This document shows positions 58,909 to 64,000 of a DNA stretch of 64,000 bases, one piece after another. The DNA comes from an uncultured Actinomycetota bacterium. Its GTDB lineage: Bacteria; Actinomycetota; Actinomycetes; Propionibacteriales; Nocardioidaceae. The stretch is from positions 90 through 64,089 of the forward strand of contig CAVXDJ010000017.1 of the NCBI GenBank assembly GCA_963760555.1. Reading direction: 5' to 3'. The stretch's first letter is position 1, and every line of letters starts with the position of its first letter. The translations under genes were made by a program, and so were the position numbers. The notes beneath the pieces are model-generated. The model had not been told where the DNA came from, ran no database searches, and worked only from the letters and a program-made list of their open reading frames with translations.

Positions 58909-59566
58909 CTACTTGGGCTCATGGGGTGCACTGGGTACGCTTAGCATCTCGTCGATGGCGGCCTTGGTGCGCTCCGTGGACGACGGCATCAGATGTGTGT
59001 ACGTCCTGAGGGTGAATCCCGGATCCGCGTGGCCGAGGTACTCGCTGAGCGCCAGGATCGACTCACCGGCATCAAGGAGCGTACTCGCGTAGAAGTGGCG
59101 CAACGCGTGGCAACCGTTCTCGCGCCTAGGCTCGACGCCGGCCGCGACGAGGGCAGGACGCCAGATTTTGGGGTTGAAGTAATTGCGGTTGAGAGCGCCG
59201 GACTCTCGTGAGTAGAGGATCAGGTCGACGGTCCGCGCAGCTCCATCACTCCTGTCCCACGGAAGCGTCACGCTCCGTGGTGGGTAGCGCGTGACGTGGT
59301 CGTTGATGAGCTCCAGCACGCGGTCGGGCAGCGGCACGGTCCGGATCTTTCGTCCCTTCGGAAGTCCGAAGAGCTGGCGATTGCTGCCGAGCAGCTTCAC
59401 CTGGCGCCGGATCTCGATCTCGCCGGTGTTGAGGTCGATGTCGTCGAGCGAGAGCCCGAAGATCTCGCCCTGGCGAAGGCCCAGGCCGACACCGAGATCG
59501 ACGACGAGTTTGAAGCGGTCCGGCAGTTCCTGGCGCACTGCCAGGACGCGCTCGTGTGTCCACGGT
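58909..59566 (-). pseudogene. Tyrosine integrase, catalytic domain only (5'-truncated)
   Basis: PWTHERVLAV, GLRQGEIFGL (R), PKGRK (K), HALRHFYAS (HxxR), LGH and TYTHL (Y); sequence upstream of ~59566 is the antisense of another gene. Confidence 0.85.
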
Positions 59567-59567
59567 C

Positions 59568-60936
59568 GACGCTCGAGCAAATGGGCAAGGAGTTCGGCGT
59601 CACCCGCGAGCGCGTGCGGCAACTCGAAGTGAAGGCACGCGGGAGGCTCAACGACATCGTCACCGGTGGCACACCGGTCAGCCGGGTCGCTCGCCTCGTC
59701 CGGACCCAGATCCGAGGAGTCCGGCCTCTTGAAGAGCTTCTCGCCGAAGCCCCCGCGCTGGCGGTAGAGGTCGTGACCGTTGGCCAGCCGGCGTGGAGGG
59801 TTCTCGACGTTCTCGACGATGCTTACGAGATCTCTGATGGCTGGTGTGCGGAGCCGAGCTTCGAAGCAGCGCGCCGCGACACAGCTGTCTTCCTCGACGA
59901 GTTGGCGGACGGCTACGGCGTTGTCCGACTTGCTGACGTCACCCTCTCCGAGGGCGAGGCGGGATCCCTTCCGTGGCTCAAGGATTGGCTGATCTACCTG
60001 GGGTTCGAGGTAAAAGACCAGTTCGTGCTCCTCAAGACGGCCTCGCTCAATGACATGGCTGCGGCGGTCCTTTCGATCGAGGGCGCGCCGCTGACGTTCG
60101 ATGAGTTGCATCAGAAGGTGGGTCGCGGAGCTCCGGGCAGCCTCCGCAACCAGGTGAGCACAGATCCGGTCTTCACGAAGGTCGACCGTGAGCACTTCGC
60201 GCTGAGCGAGTGGGGCCTCGAGGGTTACACCAACATTCGGGGGGAGATTGGCAAGCTCCTGGAGCAGGCCGACGGTGAGCTGCCGCTGGCGACAGTGGTG
60301 GAGTCGCTGGTCGCCAGGTTTGGCGTCTCGGCGAACTCAGTCGCGGTCTACGCGGGGAGCCCGCCGTTCCAGGTGATGAACGGCATCGTCCGGCACGACA
60401 CAGGCCAGCTGGCCGGTGCGGGCAAGAACCCTGCAAAGGTCCAGCGCTACTACCGTCGAGGCGGCGACTGGTTGTATCGAACCACGGTGACGTTCGATCA
60501 CCTCCGCGGCAGCGGGTGGCCGGCATCAACGGCCCTGTCCACGATCCTCCGCATGTCGCCGGGGGAGTATGCCGAGCTTCCGTCCAGGCTGGGCCCCCAG
60601 AAGTTCTCCTACAAGAACCACCAGCCATCGTTCGGCAGCATCAAGCGCTTCCTGGAAGACATGGACCTCGGGATCGGCGACGAGATTTTCCTCGCCTTCA
60701 AGGCAGACGGTTCCTTCGATGTCGAGAAGCTCCCGGACGTGCCCACCGACAAGATGGCTCAGGCGCTACGGCTCGTCGGTGCTGACCTGTCTCTCGATGT
60801 TGCGGCGGCGATCACAGCGTTGGGTTCTGCGATCAAGTTCGCGCCCGATGCGGACATCGTCTCCATCGCGCAGGGGTACAAGGCGCGGCGAGAGCAGCAG
60901 ATCCACGACTTGATCTTGGGCATCGATCCCGAATAG
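59568..60936 (+). pseudogene. 5'-truncated protein with a sigma-70 region 4 HTH and further winged-HTH-like segments
   Basis: TLEQMGKEFGVTRERVRQLE HTH right at the junction; later VLSIEGAPLTFDEL..SLRNQV..DPVFTKVDREHFALSEWG; no RBS or start upstream. Confidence 0.62.
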
Positions 60937-60950
60937 ACCGACCTCGATTA

Positions 60951-61499
60951 TCAGTAGACGTGCGGGTGAGACGCTCTGAGCTCCGCCACCAGAGCCGGGC
61001 GCGACTTCAGAGCTTCACGGAGGTTGCGCTTCGCCCGCGTAGTTCGCTGGTCGAGGTTCGCCACGGTGATGCCCAGTTCGTCGGCAAGGTCCGCTGCTGT
61101 GAAGCGCTCTAGGTAGCGGCGCCGCAGGAGATCGGCTTCGCCTCTCGGGATGAGACCGAGGACATCCGAGATGAGTTGTTGGCTCACGGCCGGCGCCGAG
61201 GCGAATCTGGAATCCCACATCACGGCCATCGCCGCCGACACTGCGTCGTCTCCACCCTCGGCGAAGTTGTCGGCCGGCCTTCGGTCCGCGACGCGGAGGC
61301 GATCAACGATCGCGTTGGCAGTAGCGGTCTCGAGCCAGGCGCGTACGTTGTCCGGCTCAGCACCGTCAGACCATGCCTGCAGATACTTCATGGCCACGTC
61401 CTGAAGCAGGTCCTCCCGATCCTGAAGGGACAGCCGAGCTCGGTGGCCACGCCGCTGCACGACAGGCGTGGCGATCGCGAGGAACTCGTCGGGATTCAT
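60951..61499 (-). CDS. ECF-type sigma factor
   Basis: DREDLLQDV..AWLETATANAIVDRLR (region 2) and LLRRRYLERFTAADLADELGIT..RAKRNLRE (region 4); TACTCT 7 nt before the ATG. Confidence 0.82.
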   Translation of the reverse strand: MNPDEFLAIATPVVQRRGHRARLSLQDREDLLQDVAMKYLQAWSDGAEPDNVRAWLETATANAIVDRLRVADRRPADNFAEGGDDAVSAAMAVMWDSRFASAPAVSQQLISDVLGLIPRGEADLLRRRYLERFTAADLADELGITVANLDQRTTRAKRNLREALKSRPALVAELRASHPHVY

Positions 61500-61614
61500 G
61501 CCTCGGAGAGTATGCGTGCCCTCCGACGGAACCGCCGCTGTCAGGTTTCGTCCGCCGCTGGCGTCGGACTGGTTGTTCCGCCCGATCCAGGGCCTACCCA
61601 ACCAGGAGACCGTC

Positions 61615-62203
61615 ATGACCCAACCGCCACTCAGGCGCGCCAACGCTCACTTCGTCACGGGCTTCCTCGCCGTTGGTGGGGACCTGGCGTGCGACAACGA
61701 CACCGCCGCCCACCAGGCGATCGAAGCTCGTCGATGCCGGCATCACCCACGTCCTCGACGTACGACAGGAATGCGATGACGCCGATCTCTGGGCCTGCAT
61801 CCCGGAGATCGCCTATCGCTGGGACGGCATCGACGACGCCGGCCAGCGGATCCCTGCCTCCTGGTTCGAGGGCACGGTCAGCTGGTGCCTCGACGCGATC
61901 GACGCCGGGGGAGTCGTGCTCACGCATTGCCACATGGGGATCAACCGCGGACCCAGTGCGGGCTTCGCCGTGCTCCTCGGCCTCGGGTGGGAGCCGGTAG
62001 AGGCGCTCGCTGCTATCCGGGCCGCGCGACCCATCGCGCATATCTGGTACGCCGAAGACGCGCTCGCCTGGCACTTCGAGAGGACAGCAGTCCCGGCGTT
62101 CGAGCGTGCCCAAGTCCTCGAGCGTGTAGCCGAGTGGCGCGAGGCGAACCCTCTGGACGTGCGCCGAATCATCCGTCAGATCAGGCTCGACGAGGCTTCA
62201 TGA
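61615..62203 (+). CDS. Dual-specificity protein phosphatase (one +1 frameshift near 61724)
   Basis: AGGAG RBS; ANAHFVTGFLAVGGDL, then in the +1 frame LVDAGITHVLDVR..DDAG..THCHMGINRG (HCX5R)..AIRAARP. Confidence 0.8.
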
Positions 62204-62292
62204 AGCAGTTCTGTCGGACCCGCGCTATACGTTCCGCATTATCGAGACAACGCGCTATGCACACCCGCACTCACCGCTCACAAGGAGCACCA

Positions 62293-63587
62293 ATGAAGAT
62301 CAATGCACTGCTCGACGTCAGTGTCGTCGCCCACGAGGCTGAGGATGAAGTCGCCGTACTCCTCGAGTTGCAGGCGCCCGCGGCACTGACCGATGTCGTC
62401 CGGCCACAGGCATCGCTGCAGGTCGTCCTCGACCGCAGCGGATCGATGAGCGGTGCACCGCTTGACGGCGCGAAGAAGGCGCTCGTCGCGCTGGTCCGCC
62501 GGCTGGAGCCCAACGACAACTTCGGGCTGGTCACCTTCGACGACACCGCTCAGGTCGTCGTGCCCGCTCGTCCGCTGACTGACAAGGACGGCGTGATCGC
62601 GCAGATCAACGCTGTCCATGCGGGCGGCTGCACCGATCTGTCGGCCGGCTACCTCCGCGGGCTTCGCGAGATCCGCCGTGTCGCGACGGCCGGCGGCACC
62701 GTGCTCGTCATATCCGACGGCCACGTGAACGCCGGCATCAAGGACGCCGACGAGTTCGCGTCTGTGACCGCCAAGGCATACGACGACCGCATCGTCACCT
62801 CCACCCTCGGCTACGGCCGGGGTTATGACGAGAGCCTGCTCTCGGCGATCGCCCGGTCGGGTTCGGGCAACCACGTGTTCGCAGACAATCCAGACGCTGC
62901 CGGTGCGGCGATTGCCGGCGAAGTCGACGGACTGCTCAACAAGGTGGTCCAGGCGCTCTCGCTCACGGTGGCGTTCGAGCCGGCCGTCGAGTTCCTGCGC
63001 CTCTACAACGATCTGCCCGCGACCCAGATCGGGGACGGGCAGGTCATGGTGGAGCTGGGAGACCTCTACGCCGAGGAAACGCGCAAGGTCCTGCTCAAGT
63101 TCAAGGTGCCGGCCATGGCGGGTCTGGGACTCGCCACAGATCGCCACCCTGGAATTGGCCTACGTCGAGCTGCCGGGACTGGTCGAGCACGTCGCGGCAC
63201 TGCCGATCACCGTCAACGTCGTCCCGGGAGACGAGGCCGCGGGTCGGGTCCCGCACCCGACGGTGCACTCCGAGATCCTGTTCCAGGAGGCGCAGGACGT
63301 GAAGCGGCAGGCGTCAGAGGCCTTCGAGCGCGGCGAGTTCGAGAACGGCCAGCGGCTGATGGGAGAGACGAAGGCTCGGCTCGCGGCGTCGCTCGAGGCT
63401 GCCTCCGAGATGCTCAAGGCGGAGATTCGTGCCGAGATCGACGAGGTCGAGCAGATGGACCAGATGTCGATGGACATGGGGGTCGCTGTCCGCTCCGATG
63501 ATGTCGAAGATGAGTCGCGAGTCATTCCATCGCGGCAATCGCAAGCGCGGCCGCAGCATCCGGTCCGAAAGCGGAGACGCGGAGTGA
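62293..63587 (+). CDS. von Willebrand factor A domain protein (YfbK-like) with two +1 frameshifts (~63135, ~63480)
   Basis: AAGGAG RBS; MIDAS VLDRSGSM..GCTDL..ISDG; continues QIATLELAYVELPG..; final frame MMSKMSRESFHRGNRKRGR ends at TGA 63587. Confidence 0.8.
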
Positions 63588-63677
63588 TGGCCGCCGATCA
63601 GTTCTGCTGACAGGCGACGACCCGTCTACCAGACTGGCTAACGGGCACTCAAGAAGGCACGGGAAGAGGTCAGCGAC

Positions 63678-64000
63678 TTGCGGATCGACCTGCACACGCA
63701 TTCAATCCGGAGCGACGGCTCCGACACCCCTGAGGAGTTGGTGGAACTGGCTGTTGCGGCTGGGCTGGACGTCGTCGCGTTAACGGACCACGACACTGTT
63801 GCTGGCTGGGACGGCGCCGCTGCTGCCGGCGAGCGACTGGGTATCAAGGTCGTGCTCGGCATCGAGTTCTCGACCACGAACGTTGATCGTGGACAGCACC
63901 TCCTGGGATACAACGTGGACCCGTCGCATCCGGCAGTTCACGAGATCCTCAGCCGGGGCGCCACCTCGCGAGAGGATCGCGTGGCCGCCCTGTTCGCGCG
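63678..64000 (+). CDS. PHP-domain phosphoesterase (partial, runs off the window)
   Basis: TTG start; RIDLHTHSIRSDGSDTP..ALTDHDT..GIEFST..HLLGY. Confidence 0.88.
   Translation, partial: MRIDLHTHSIRSDGSDTPEELVELAVAAGLDVVALTDHDTVAGWDGAAAAGERLGIKVVLGIEFSTTNVDRGQHLLGYNVDPSHPAVHEILSRGATSREDRVAALFA

Larger units (their letters stand above)
56870..64000. mobile_element. Decayed genomic island / integrative element region (continues past the window end)
   Basis: Shift to more A/T-rich sequence, truncated genes, TA remnant, phage-like gene, att-like core and tyrosine integrase fragment; left boundary approximate. Confidence 0.75.

Noticed and set aside
58909-60195. 428-aa ORF as a full-length integrase
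   Set aside because: The N-terminal half is antisense to the plus-strand sigma70-r4 gene and has no integrase features
1-64000. tRNA, rRNA or riboswitch genes, particularly next to the integrase
   Set aside because: No cloverleaf, T-loop or rRNA signature recognised by eye; tRNAscan-SE or Infernal would be needed to exclude them formally

Overview
High-GC actinobacterial chromosome segment; gene content and order resemble Nocardioides/Propionibacteriales (inference). Bases 1-~44 kb are mostly core genes: coaE, an HrdD/SigB-like sigma factor, ptrB, dinB, a GCS2-family ligase, tpx, principal sigma sigA/hrdB, topoisomerase IV parE and parC, a Pat-type acetyltransferase, selO and prpE. A small islet sits at the 3' end of sigA, flanked by a 21-bp direct repeat. 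Bases 44-56.5 kb hold accessory metabolism. The best candidate for an undescribed system is a RiPP-like cluster: an 84-aa Asp/Gly-rich peptide with three 23-aa repeats, a strong stem-loop, a JmjC/RoxA-type oxygenase and an Apd1/Aim32-type sucrase-ferredoxin. Nearby are a glucodextranase, CtlX, a heme-less sulfite oxidase beside an algal-type vanadium haloperoxidase, an HpcH aldolase and folD. From ~56.9 kb to the end is a more A/T-rich, decayed island: TA remnant, phage small-terminase-like pseudogene, an att core resembling the glnA 3' end, a 5'-truncated tyrosine integrase joined back-to-back with a truncated sigma70-r4 protein, an ECF sigma factor, a dual-specificity phosphatase, a vWA protein and a PHP protein. 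Several single-base frameshifts may be assembly errors. No rRNA, tRNA or CRISPR array was recognised. All calls come from reading the sequence; no searches were run.
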